In this document: positions 37,408-45,138 of the stretch, in pieces | How positions within the stretch are numbered: the first letter of the stretch is position 1 | Layout: every line of letters begins with the position of its first letter | Origin: a phage | Reading direction: 5' to 3' (one strand) | Length of the DNA stretch: 46,345 nucleotides | Sequence record: LC918680.1 | Made by a program: the position numbers and the translations under genes | Notes under the pieces: generated by a model | Seen by the model: only the letters and a program-made list of their open reading frames with translations | Databases searched by the model: none | What the model was told of the DNA's origin: nothing

Positions 37408-38991
37408 TTACCCCAGCAATAGTGGATTAATGTAAATTTTATCACCAATCAGGCATGTGTAGTTTTTCTCATCAAGCATAGGAATCAAGTGGTCCTTAAT
37501 GCGAGTCATAATTCCAGCCTGAGCTTCAAAAGGTTTAACCTTGCGTGCAGCCTCATACAACGAGCGAACACCAACAACACCTTTACCATTCTTGCCCTGC
37601 TTAATCAGGATATCAACCAGCTTGTTCATCTCGGCATTGTCACCAGCATGACCAGCAGCACTAGCGGATGATAAATAAGTCTTGCTTAGTTCGTTGAAAA
37701 TCATAACCGCTTCCTGCATTGTATCCAGTTCAATCTCTCTTGACTTTTGAGGGCTGGATCCGGCTGGTGAGAACCAGTTACGAATTACGTGCAGAACAGA
37801 AGCGATGCGGATTGCTTGCTTATCAAACTTACCAAGAGCACCGCGCAACATTGTGTGAGAATACTTGCCACCATCACCAAGATGAGGCTCCATCTCTTGA
37901 CGAGCGCGGTTAAGGTAACGCATTGATGACGCGCTTACAGTAAGTTTCACTTCAACTTCATTCATAATCTCATGAACAAGACGGAAATAGTCTGCTTTCA
38001 GGCCGTCATCAATAGCCTCATAGGTTGAATCACCATTTTCATCAACAAATACACGTTCGCCAAGAAATGATTTTTCACGCACCAGAAGGAAACGCTCAGA
38101 TACACCAATACCACGCGCACCAGCATTCATAATGGCATTGATTGTTTCATCCTGAGCAATTACGGAGATGCATCCCATAGCCACAAAGCTCATGTTATTT
38201 TCTGCGTTCGCACGGGCAATTGACACATTACCTGCATCCCATGCTTTCAGCACGAGCTCGCTGTTCGTTTTCTTCGAGCCATCACCGTAAGTCATGCCTA
38301 ACAGTGAGTTGACGCTAGTAGCCTCATCAGAGATTACCGCAAAATTACCCTGGCGATTGTTGATTCGCGCAAGACCTTCCGGAGTAGTATCGGAGACAGG
38401 GAATACTATATCGCATAGCTTCTCGAGCTTCTCCTCTAAATCCTCCTTCTCCTCAAAAAGTGAAGCCATTTCAGAAGGTGATTTCTCCTGCTTCATCTCT
38501 TTAGCCAGAGCGGACAGTTTAGCCATAATCTTTTTTCGATCACGTTTACGTACTTCATTCAACCGCTCAGTCTCAGCAATCATCGGCGCAATTGATAGCG
38601 AGTTAATGGCTGATTTACCAGTTGAAGGCGGCTGACTTGTTACCACGTACAAAGATGTTGGCTGTTGGGTTCCATGATACTCGACAGTAAAACGCCCAAG
38701 CATTGCAGCAGAAACACAACCAAGAAAGTGCATGTAAACTGACGACTCAGGGAACTGAACCGAGCGAGCGATATTAGCCGATAGCTTACCAACAACATCA
38801 ATATCATTACCGAGTGAGATTACTGGATACTTATCATTACCTGTATCAATCTCGACAGGTGCTTTCCAGAACGATTGAGAATGTCGATAGCCATTGGCAT
38901 TAATAGCCACGCGAAGCGGTGGTAGGTTTTCATTGGCAGCGATTGCCATAACCTGCTCAACAGATAGTTTATCTTCGTTGAAATCAAACAT
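37408..38991 (-). CDS. P-loop NTPase (DUF3987-like), putative replication-associated ATPase
   Basis: Walker A SQPPSTGKS and Walker B-like AVISDEAT; 527 aa; boundary motif and conserved leader upstream. Confidence 0.55.
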   Translation of the reverse strand: MFDFNEDKLSVEQVMAIAANENLPPLRVAINANGYRHSQSFWKAPVEIDTGNDKYPVISLGNDIDVVGKLSANIARSVQFPESSVYMHFLGCVSAAMLGRFTVEYHGTQQPTSLYVVTSQPPSTGKSAINSLSIAPMIAETERLNEVRKRDRKKIMAKLSALAKEMKQEKSPSEMASLFEEKEDLEEKLEKLCDIVFPVSDTTPEGLARINNRQGNFAVISDEATSVNSLLGMTYGDGSKKTNSELVLKAWDAGNVSIARANAENNMSFVAMGCISVIAQDETINAIMNAGARGIGVSERFLLVREKSFLGERVFVDENGDSTYEAIDDGLKADYFRLVHEIMNEVEVKLTVSASSMRYLNRARQEMEPHLGDGGKYSHTMLRGALGKFDKQAIRIASVLHVIRNWFSPAGSSPQKSREIELDTMQEAVMIFNELSKTYLSSASAAGHAGDNAEMNKLVDILIKQGKNGKGVVGVRSLYEAARKVKPFEAQAGIMTRIKDHLIPMLDEKNYTCLIGDKIYINPLLLG

Positions 38992-39048
38992 TACTTCTCT
39001 CCGTGTTGTTATGAGCGGCCATTATATCAATAGCCGCTTATAATGCAT

Positions 39049-39063
39049 TATCAATTAGTGCTA
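39049..39063 (-). promoter_or_regulatory. boundary motif copy 11
   Basis: - strand TAGCACTAATTGATA upstream of DUF3987-like gene. Confidence 0.5.
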
Positions 39064-39221
39064 TTTAGTAAGATGCAATCTATCTTGTAGTAGTCAAAGT
39101 GATTTTCTGAAGATATTTCTTTGTTATATTTAAACTCCTGTGCTTTGAATTCTTCATCGAAAGCGGCAATCACTTCGCTTCCATCATAGTGTGTGCAACC
39201 ACTTACAATGTATAATTTCAT
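39051..39221 (-). CDS. hypothetical small protein
   Basis: 56-aa ORF, start overlaps upstream stop (ATGA); C-terminus LNSTN encoded by boundary motif; below track cutoff. Confidence 0.4.
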   Translation of the reverse strand: MKLYIVSGCTHYDGSEVIAAFDEEFKAQEFKYNKEISSENHFDYYKIDCILLNSTN

Positions 39222-39607
39222 TTGTATTGAGCCTCAAAGTGGTAAGTTTCACACAACGTATAAAAGCCAACATCTTCGCTGCGATATAGCTGCCAGGCGT
39301 TGCCATCTTCATCGTAAATGTATCCAGCTGACTGACCAAGTCCGCTATGCATGTTGACCTGGTATCGCTTACCTTCTTTGAAGTCTTTCTTAACGCCAGA
39401 CTTATGGTTAACCTTTGTGCAGTAAAGAGTTTTGGTTTTAATGTATTTTCCACGTTCTTCCAGGTTGATCCATTTGCCGTCTTTTTTGATTTGCTCAAAT
39501 TCAACTTCCTCAGCGACACCGTTAACCCACTGGTGAATCTTTTTAACGCGAGCTTTAAATAGCTTGTTGTCGTTGCTAATGAAATTTTTGGTTATCGTAG
39601 TAGTCAT
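39218..39607 (-). CDS. hypothetical protein
   Basis: 129-aa Lys-rich ORF. Confidence 0.5.
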   Translation of the reverse strand: MTTTITKNFISNDNKLFKARVKKIHQWVNGVAEEVEFEQIKKDGKWINLEERGKYIKTKTLYCTKVNHKSGVKKDFKEGKRYQVNMHSGLGQSAGYIYDEDGNAWQLYRSEDVGFYTLCETYHFEAQYK

Positions 39608-39768
39608 TATTTTAATCTCTTAGTTGTCAACATGAATTTGTTTGGTACTGATTTGCGCACAATACGCACAACAATCTTATCAAACTTCTGAACTAAACCG
39701 TAAATCTTACCATCTAGCGACGCCCTGAGAACCGCCTCTTCCATCTCGTCATAAAAGTTGTCGAACAT
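39607..39768 (-). CDS. hypothetical small protein
   Basis: Start placed at ATG 39768 after conserved CATCGAAACGAAAGAGAG leader (track start 39834 is TTG within the motif). Confidence 0.4.
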   Translation of the reverse strand: MFDNFYDEMEEAVLRASLDGKIYGLVQKFDKIVVRIVRKSVPNKFMLTTKRLK

Positions 39769-39827
39769 GATCTCTTGCTCTCTTTCGTTTCGATGGAGTA
39801 AATATACGCCATCCGTGGCGGTGAGTT

Positions 39828-39992
39828 TTAGCAATTAGTGCTATTTTTTCTGGCCTTCTCAATTGCCTTCAACATAATCTCGTGAGACTCAAGCAGGTCC
39901 TCGTTAAACCAGTCCCCGCAAGGCCAACCCTTTCCGCTGTAAGCACTTATGACTTCCAGATCGAAATAGTTTATCTCAGATGGTAAAAGCAT
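39828..39992 (-). CDS. hypothetical small protein
   Basis: 54-aa ORF; C-terminus KNSTNC encoded by boundary motif; start overlaps upstream stop; below track cutoff. Confidence 0.4.
   Translation of the reverse strand: MLLPSEINYFDLEVISAYSGKGWPCGDWFNEDLLESHEIMLKAIEKARKNSTNC
39829..39843 (-). promoter_or_regulatory. boundary motif copy 12
   Basis: - strand TAGCACTAATTGCTA perfect 6-3-6. Confidence 0.6.
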
Positions 39993-40195
39993 TATTCAAT
40001 CACCTTAAAAGTTGCGATGCCGTGGATGATTACGTAATCAAGGCATTTAAGCGCCTGGAACGTGTCGTGATGCTTGTGTGGACGTTCGCCGGTAACAAGG
40101 CACATATCATTTTTAAACTCGGTAGCGTTGTATTCAGAGCCCTTATTGAAGGCATCGTTAAAGTCTTTAATTACGTTCGTGCATAATAGTTTCAT
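39992..40195 (-). CDS. hypothetical protein
   Basis: 67-aa ORF. Confidence 0.5.
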   Translation of the reverse strand: MKLLCTNVIKDFNDAFNKGSEYNATEFKNDMCLVTGERPHKHHDTFQALKCLDYVIIHGIATFKVIE

Positions 40196-40380
40196 TTTAC
40201 TACCTCAAACTCTCCAGGGTGGATAACTAATGGCTTGGCTTTACCATCCATTATTACAACAGTTCCATTTTCGTGTTCCATGAATACCTCGTAAACACCT
40301 CCAGGTTCAAGGCCGTAGAATTCGTATTCGTCATCGTCAAACCCATCTGTCTTACTTAGCGCTATTATTTTTACCTTCAC
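40192..40380 (-). CDS. hypothetical protein
   Basis: GTG 40380 with SD GAGGAGG 5 nt upstream (track TTG start 40422 lacks RBS); first - strand gene leaving control region B. Confidence 0.5.
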   Translation of the reverse strand: MKVKIIALSKTDGFDDDEYEFYGLEPGGVYEVFMEHENGTVVIMDGKAKPLVIHPGEFEVVK

Positions 40381-40436
40381 ATATCCCTCCTCGTTGTTGA
40401 TGAGCGAACTATAACTCCGCAATACCTAAATGTCTT

Positions 40437-40450
40437 TAGCAAAAAGTGCT
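40437..40450 (-). promoter_or_regulatory. boundary motif copy 13 (spacer variant)
   Basis: - strand TAGCACTTTTGCTA at edge of control region B. Confidence 0.4.
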
Positions 40451-41053
40451 ATTAGTTGGATTTATTTATTGTTGCAGATATTGCAATGATTAATCTTACT
40501 ATTGCACATATAACAATATTGCATCGAATGCAATGATGTTTTTGATTGTTGCGGGATTTGCAATGATTGATGTGAGGGTGAATGAATGGTGAATGAACTA
40601 CCATACAAGTTGATTTTGATTCTTGCTGAGCCAATTTGGATATACACGTTATCGAAGTTATGGTGTGTATATGAGGTGCGCTTCCGAAGAATCATACACG
40701 CCTACCACGCTAGATTACGCAATGGTTACATAATAATATCTATATATATCAACCTTTTACTATATTATTATTATTATTATATATATGTATGTATATGGTG
40801 TAGATTGGTCGTATGGATGGGTCGATAGTTTTTCTATGAAAACTACTAATTTTATCTATATAGATACATATGCATACCCCCGGCGAATCCGCGTAAAATA
40901 TTACACAGGGTAATTACACCAGCTATAGCTGGGCTGAGAGGTCAAAAAGCGTAACCAATGCAGATATAAACACAACATAACACTTGATAACGCGTATATT
41001 CATGATACCATGGTTTCATCTTAACGAAGAGCAACCAATCAGGAGTAACGAAT
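40451..41053. repeat. control region B: gene-free AT-rich divergent intergenic region, paralogous to region A; iteron-like TGCAATGAT repeats
   Basis: Same conserved blocks as region A at about 40741-40790 and 40920-40975; three TGCAATGAT copies plus further TTGCA half-sites at about 40470-40570; coordinates +/-2. Confidence 0.7.
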
Positions 41054-41575
41054 ATGTCAGAACATAAAGAAGCAGTAAGTTTGGGTGAAATCATTCGATA
41101 CATGGCGAGTCAGGCGCTCAAGTCAGAAGACAAAGTGTGCACAGTCCCTGTGACCATGATTGCTCGTCAATACTTCGGCATGAGTCGTGAGACGTTCGTA
41201 TCGCTAAGTGGTGAGGAGGTTCTACCTGGTGGTGAATACCACATGCCAAAACTAAAAGCGTCATACGTTTCAAACACCGTAAGCCGAATGCCTGAGATTA
41301 AGGCGGCTGACGTGCGCTCAAGGTTCTCACTTAGTTTTACTGACTTTGAGGGCGAGAGTGAGACATACTGCGCATCACTTAGCCTGGTTCCTGGCGCTGT
41401 AAAATCCGGCTCAAGAAGCAAGGCAGAGCAAGAGAAGGAGGCGGCTACCATTGAAAGGTTCAAGGCTCGATTGTTGAAACTATCACCAAGCGTCGCTGGT
41501 CTTGAAGGTGATGAACTTAAGGGTGCAGTATCAATGATTAACGCATACCAAGAAATGATTAAGGAGACTAAATAG
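41054..41575 (+). CDS. hypothetical early protein
   Basis: 173-aa ORF, first + strand gene leaving control region B; SD AGGAG upstream. Confidence 0.55.
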   Translation: MSEHKEAVSLGEIIRYMASQALKSEDKVCTVPVTMIARQYFGMSRETFVSLSGEEVLPGGEYHMPKLKASYVSNTVSRMPEIKAADVRSRFSLSFTDFEGESETYCASLSLVPGAVKSGSRSKAEQEKEAATIERFKARLLKLSPSVAGLEGDELKGAVSMINAYQEMIKETK

Positions 41576-41678
41576 TGGGTATGGTAGTAGACTACCATAC
41601 CATCAGCGGTACAGTGAGGATGAGGTTGAGGTGGCTATGGATTTATATCGGAAAGCTAAATTACTACTGATTGGGAAA

Positions 41679-41694
41679 TAGCACTTTTTGCCTA
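41679..41694 (+). promoter_or_regulatory. boundary motif copy 14 (degenerate)
   Basis: TAGCACTTTTTGCCTA. Confidence 0.4.
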
Positions 41695-41753
41695 ACGATA
41701 TGACGCCAAGGATGGCATAATTACCTCATCAGATAAAGAGTGGAGATAGAGAC

Positions 41754-41864
41754 ATGAATAAAGAAACCAAGCAGCACCCATCAAGTAATCATCATTGCGA
41801 ACACATTATGCAATACTACCGAAACAACCTGAAGACCAAAGGCGTATTCGGTAAAGTTAAATGA
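41754..41864 (+). CDS. hypothetical small protein
   Basis: 36-aa His/Cys-containing ORF between two boundary motifs. Confidence 0.35.
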   Translation: MNKETKQHPSSNHHCEHIMQYYRNNLKTKGVFGKVK

Positions 41865-41870
41865 GATAAA

Positions 41871-41885
41871 TAGCACAAATTGTTA
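41871..41885 (+). promoter_or_regulatory. boundary motif copy 15
   Basis: TAGCACAAATTGTTA. Confidence 0.5.
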
Positions 41886-41945
41886 AACCTTCCGCAAGGC
41901 CATTTGATATAGTGGCCTTATTAAAGCAAAGCAAGAGAGGGTGGG

Positions 41946-42176
41946 ATGGATAGGAACAAATATGAAAGAGAGATTACTGGGCTTAATGGCGAGCGTGCTA
42001 TTGTTGATGTGTATCGCACGCTATCAGCGTTCAACGTTACAGACCCAGCATGTCAGCATGCAATCAAAAAGCTGCTCTGCATGGGTTTACGAGGTCACAA
42101 GGATGTTATCACAGACCTTGATGACGCAATAGACTCACTGAACAAGATGAAAACTTACCTGGAACAAACTAAATGA
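41946..42176 (+). CDS. hypothetical protein
   Basis: 76-aa ORF after boundary motif; preferred over overlapping 41941 frame (GTG start). Confidence 0.45.
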   Translation: MDRNKYEREITGLNGERAIVDVYRTLSAFNVTDPACQHAIKKLLCMGLRGHKDVITDLDDAIDSLNKMKTYLEQTK

Positions 42177-42415
42177 TTACAATTAAACTGTCAGAGAAAG
42201 ATGCAGCAATCCTTGAATCGATCATAATGAAGCCGATGTACTCTACGCTCACCTTTGAGCAGATGCGTGTCGTAAAAGAGACTAGCGCGCAAATCAACAA
42301 TCAGCAGTTCGACGTATCAGACTTCGAGTTATCTCGCCAGTACGAAGCTCTAAGCATCCAGAATGCTGGCTACCTCACTAAAACTGGGATAAGGCGACAA
42401 AGAAATGATTTATAA
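42173..42415 (+). CDS. hypothetical protein
   Basis: 80-aa ORF, ATGA-coupled. Confidence 0.5.
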   Translation: MITIKLSEKDAAILESIIMKPMYSTLTFEQMRVVKETSAQINNQQFDVSDFELSRQYEALSIQNAGYLTKTGIRRQRNDL

Positions 42416-42584
42416 AAAAGGAGATGAGATTTACAGCAAGCACACATTGAACAGATTCATCATTGAATACACTGATGGAAATTGCGTCATCCTGAAAAGT
42501 ATTGATGGCAAGTATGATGAAACCAGATGCTACTACATGCATGACATTAAAGAGAGCTTTAGACATGTCATGGTGAAGAAATGA
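42405..42584 (+). CDS. hypothetical small protein
   Basis: 59-aa ORF overlapping neighbours at both ends. Confidence 0.45.
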   Translation: MIYKKGDEIYSKHTLNRFIIEYTDGNCVILKSIDGKYDETRCYYMHDIKESFRHVMVKK

Positions 42585-42724
42585 TTTACGTTCACACGTA
42601 CTATACAGGTAAGTTTAACAGCGTTAAGCACGTGCGAGTTTATGAATCCTACAATGAAGCAAAAGCTCAGATGGATGTTCTTGGTGGTGCCGTGCATCGA
42701 TGCGAAGTAGTTGAAGAATTATAA
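42581..42724 (+). CDS. hypothetical small protein
   Basis: 47-aa ORF; stop immediately precedes a boundary motif. Confidence 0.4.
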   Translation: MIYVHTYYTGKFNSVKHVRVYESYNEAKAQMDVLGGAVHRCEVVEEL

Positions 42725-42725
42725 A

Positions 42726-42740
42726 TAGCACGAATTGCTA
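42726..42740 (+). promoter_or_regulatory. boundary motif copy 16
   Basis: TAGCACGAATTGCTA directly after stop TAA. Confidence 0.6.
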
Positions 42741-42799
42741 AACATGAATTGGGATAGGTTGTTATACTTATCCCATCAAAACGAGATGAGGAATTGACG

Positions 42800-42979
42800 A
42801 TGCGTTTTAGACAATCAGCCGCCAAGCTCCAGGCTAACAACTTCGATGGTTACACAACATTTATCATCGCCAAGGCTTTCGGTTTGCATGATGAACCTGA
42901 GGTTCATACTATCCACTTAAATGAAGAGCAAGCTCGAGAACTGGCTTTCGAGATTCTTGATCAATTGAATAAAATTTAA
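42800..42979 (+). CDS. hypothetical small protein
   Basis: ATG 42800 with SD GAGGAA upstream (track start 42794 is TTG). Confidence 0.45.
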   Translation: MRFRQSAAKLQANNFDGYTTFIIAKAFGLHDEPEVHTIHLNEEQARELAFEILDQLNKI

Positions 42980-42989
42980 GGTTTATAAA

Positions 42990-43412
42990 ATGAAATTAAG
43001 CAAATCTCAAAGGGAAGAGTTGAAGGGCAAGTTCGGTGGTCGCTGCGCTTATTGTGGGTGTGAACTACCTGAGAAAGGCTGGCATGCTGACCATGTTGAA
43101 CCGGTGCTACGTAAATCTGAGGTATGCATGAAGGCAGCGGAGAAAGGAACTTTCAAGCTGAAGGCGACAGGTGAGTTTAATCGACCACAAGCTGATCGAA
43201 TGGAAAACCTTTACCCTGCATGTGCTCCATGCAACCTCATGAAAGCTTGCTATTCCCTTGAAATGTTCAGGGAACAGGTGTCTCTTCAAGTCGCTCGCGG
43301 GCGTAAGAGCAGCATGAATTTTCGCACGGCAGAGCGGTTCGGCCTCATCTCCATAGTGGAGGATCCAGTTGTTTTCTGGTTTGAGAAGTTTGAGCAAATT
43401 AACAAAATCTGA
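42990..43412 (+). CDS. HNH endonuclease (free-standing)
   Basis: CAYCG...HADHVEP...CAPCNLMK gives Cys-x2-Cys / H-x-D-H / Cys-x2-Cys-N HNH architecture. Confidence 0.75.
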   Translation: MKLSKSQREELKGKFGGRCAYCGCELPEKGWHADHVEPVLRKSEVCMKAAEKGTFKLKATGEFNRPQADRMENLYPACAPCNLMKACYSLEMFREQVSLQVARGRKSSMNFRTAERFGLISIVEDPVVFWFEKFEQINKI

Positions 43413-43575
43413 GGATAGAGAAATGAATACTTGGTTAATGATGGATGAAGTTCTGGTTGAAGTATTGCCATGGTTACTCTGGTTATTGGGCTTCATGATT
43501 ATTTACATTATTTCAGCAGCCGTAGATGACGCTAAAAGCGATTCTAACGAACTATAATTTAAGTGAGGTGATTGC

Positions 43576-43737
43576 ATGATTAAGATCGTATACATTGGTC
43601 AGGATGATTATATGGCGCGCTTAAAGCATGGCGACGTATTCTATGCAGAGCCTAGCGAAGATGGAAATGGGTACTTCATTAAAAACAAGCACGATGAGGA
43701 GCTTTACATAGCAAACCACGAGGCTCTTGTTTACTAA
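43576..43737 (+). CDS. hypothetical small protein
   Basis: 53-aa ORF with SD GTGAGGTG upstream; coordinates +/-1. Confidence 0.4.
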   Translation: MIKIVYIGQDDYMARLKHGDVFYAEPSEDGNGYFIKNKHDEELYIANHEALVY

Positions 43738-43868
43738 TGGATAACTACGAAACACCAAGCCAGTGGGCTAAACGGATGCAGGAAGAAGCAAAGAACGGAG
43801 AAGAGGCGATGGCTTACTACGAGCTGGCGCAAATTTGGATGGATCGGGAGAAAAAGAGCAATGGTTAA
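43737..43868 (+). CDS. hypothetical small protein
   Basis: 43-aa ORF start-overlapping upstream stop. Confidence 0.4.
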   Translation: MDNYETPSQWAKRMQEEAKNGEEAMAYYELAQIWMDREKKSNG

Positions 43869-43921
43869 CACTTGCATTTATTTTTATGTCAATGAGTTTA
43901 TTGATGACTTAATGTATTTTA

Positions 43922-44143
43922 ATGAAAAGTATGGTGACACATTCGAGTGTGACGGCGACAACCTTGAGGTACTATCAACATTCAATAGAGGTGAAAAGAA
44001 TGAGCTTCACTGAATATGTTATCGCATGTGAACGACTGGTCTTTGATATGAAGACTTTTCACTGGTTCATAATTAAGGATTTAATCAAGCCTTACAAGCA
44101 AGGAGTAACACCTGAGACGTTTGTTAAGTCATTCTATAAATAG
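43922..44143 (+). CDS. hypothetical protein
   Basis: 73-aa ORF; stop TAG is the first 3 nt of a boundary motif. Confidence 0.45.
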   Translation: MKSMVTHSSVTATTLRYYQHSIEVKRMSFTEYVIACERLVFDMKTFHWFIIKDLIKPYKQGVTPETFVKSFYK

Positions 44144-44155
44144 CACGAATTGCTA
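44141..44155 (+). promoter_or_regulatory. boundary motif copy 17
   Basis: TAGCACGAATTGCTA; starts at upstream stop TAG. Confidence 0.6.
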
Positions 44156-44213
44156 AATGCATGCGTCATGGATGGCATATAATTACCATATCAACATAAC
44201 GAGAGGGTAGAAA

Positions 44214-44450
44214 ATGTTCGGATTAGAAGACGCATACTTTAACGCAGTCAAGCGACAGGCTGATAAGCTGAATGAAGAGTACGGCAAACTTGGCGCAAAG
44301 AAGAAAGATGATAAGGTTGTTGCGGCGCTTATCACTCAGATATGGGGGCCGGTATCCACGATAATCGCACGTGACAAGTTTGTGTGGATTGCTGGGTATC
44401 GAAAAGGTCGCGTGGGTCATGATGAGAATGGGAATAGCCTTTATGAATGA
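44214..44450 (+). CDS. hypothetical protein
   Basis: 78-aa ORF after boundary motif and ACGAGAGGG leader. Confidence 0.5.
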   Translation: MFGLEDAYFNAVKRQADKLNEEYGKLGAKKKDDKVVAALITQIWGPVSTIIARDKFVWIAGYRKGRVGHDENGNSLYE

Positions 44451-44752
44451 CATTATCATTGATTTAGTGTTAACTTTTATTGCTGTTGGTCTTGCTATTG
44501 CAACGGGTGTAGGTATGCTTTTGCTTGTAATGAGCTGGTGATAAGAGCGGGAGCTCCATGTATGAATGGGAATGAGAATAACCAAAAACATCGATACGTT
44601 TACGCGTTCACGTCAATCATTAACGATTTTGACATTAAAGCGCTAAATGCTGGGTATTATGAGTCAACAAAACAGGGTCTATCAATCGGTGAGAGTTGCT
44701 AATTTTACGAGTGCAAAGATTGTGGCAAGATGCTTATCACTGAGGAGTTTTG

Positions 44753-44950
44753 ATGAATAAAATTATTAAGAAAGGCGATGCTATCAAGTGCACAAAGGCG
44801 GCATCGGATGACTTCATGGATGGATGCGATTACCAGGTCGAAAATGTATCGAAGACTGGCCACGTATTCTGCTACAGCGATAATGGCGAATTGGTGAGCA
44901 TTGACTACCCGTATGACCAGAATTATGGGAAATTCGAAAGAGTAAGTTGA
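44753..44950 (+). CDS. hypothetical protein
   Basis: 65-aa ORF, SD GAGGAG upstream. Confidence 0.45.
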   Translation: MNKIIKKGDAIKCTKAASDDFMDGCDYQVENVSKTGHVFCYSDNGELVSIDYPYDQNYGKFERVS

Positions 44951-44975
44951 CACATCTAACCCTGACTGGTACATT
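44947..44975 (+). promoter_or_regulatory. candidate sigma70-like promoter upstream of tRNA-Arg
   Basis: TTGACA (44947-44952), 17-bp spacer, TACATT (44970-44975). Confidence 0.35.
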
Positions 44976-45138
44976 AACAACTGTAGACAGACGAGGCCAC
45001 CAAGTGGCAACGGCGCACGGAGCGCAACACAAAGTCCATAGCTCACTAAGCAGCGTATATGGCGAAATCGGTCGAGAAACTCGACGCTGGAAGCGTAACC
45101 AGCAATCCTTCAATAGCGCAATCGCTACTCAAGGATTT

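Noticed and set aside
40452-40828. Track ORFs 40452-40634 (-), 40462-40695 (-) and 40586-40828 (+) in control region B
   Set aside because: They overlap iteron-like repeats and the microsatellite, have Cys/His/Tyr-rich low-complexity translations and no convincing starts.
20901-41053. CRISPR array or IS element with inverted repeats
   Set aside because: The repeated blocks are two dispersed paralogous regions ~20 kb apart with no regular repeat-spacer periodicity, and no transposase is present.
41941-42132. Alternative frame ORF (63 aa) overlapping the 41946-42176 ORF
   Set aside because: GTG start and hydrophobic low-complexity product; the ATG-initiated overlapping frame is preferred.
1618-44155. 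Reading the boundary motif as a standard sigma70 promoter with TTGCTA as the -35
   Set aside because: No -10 hexamer 16-18 bp downstream in any copy; the ATAATT-like element is ~23 bp away, so a canonical promoter is not supported. It is kept as a regulatory or recombination element of unknown mechanism.
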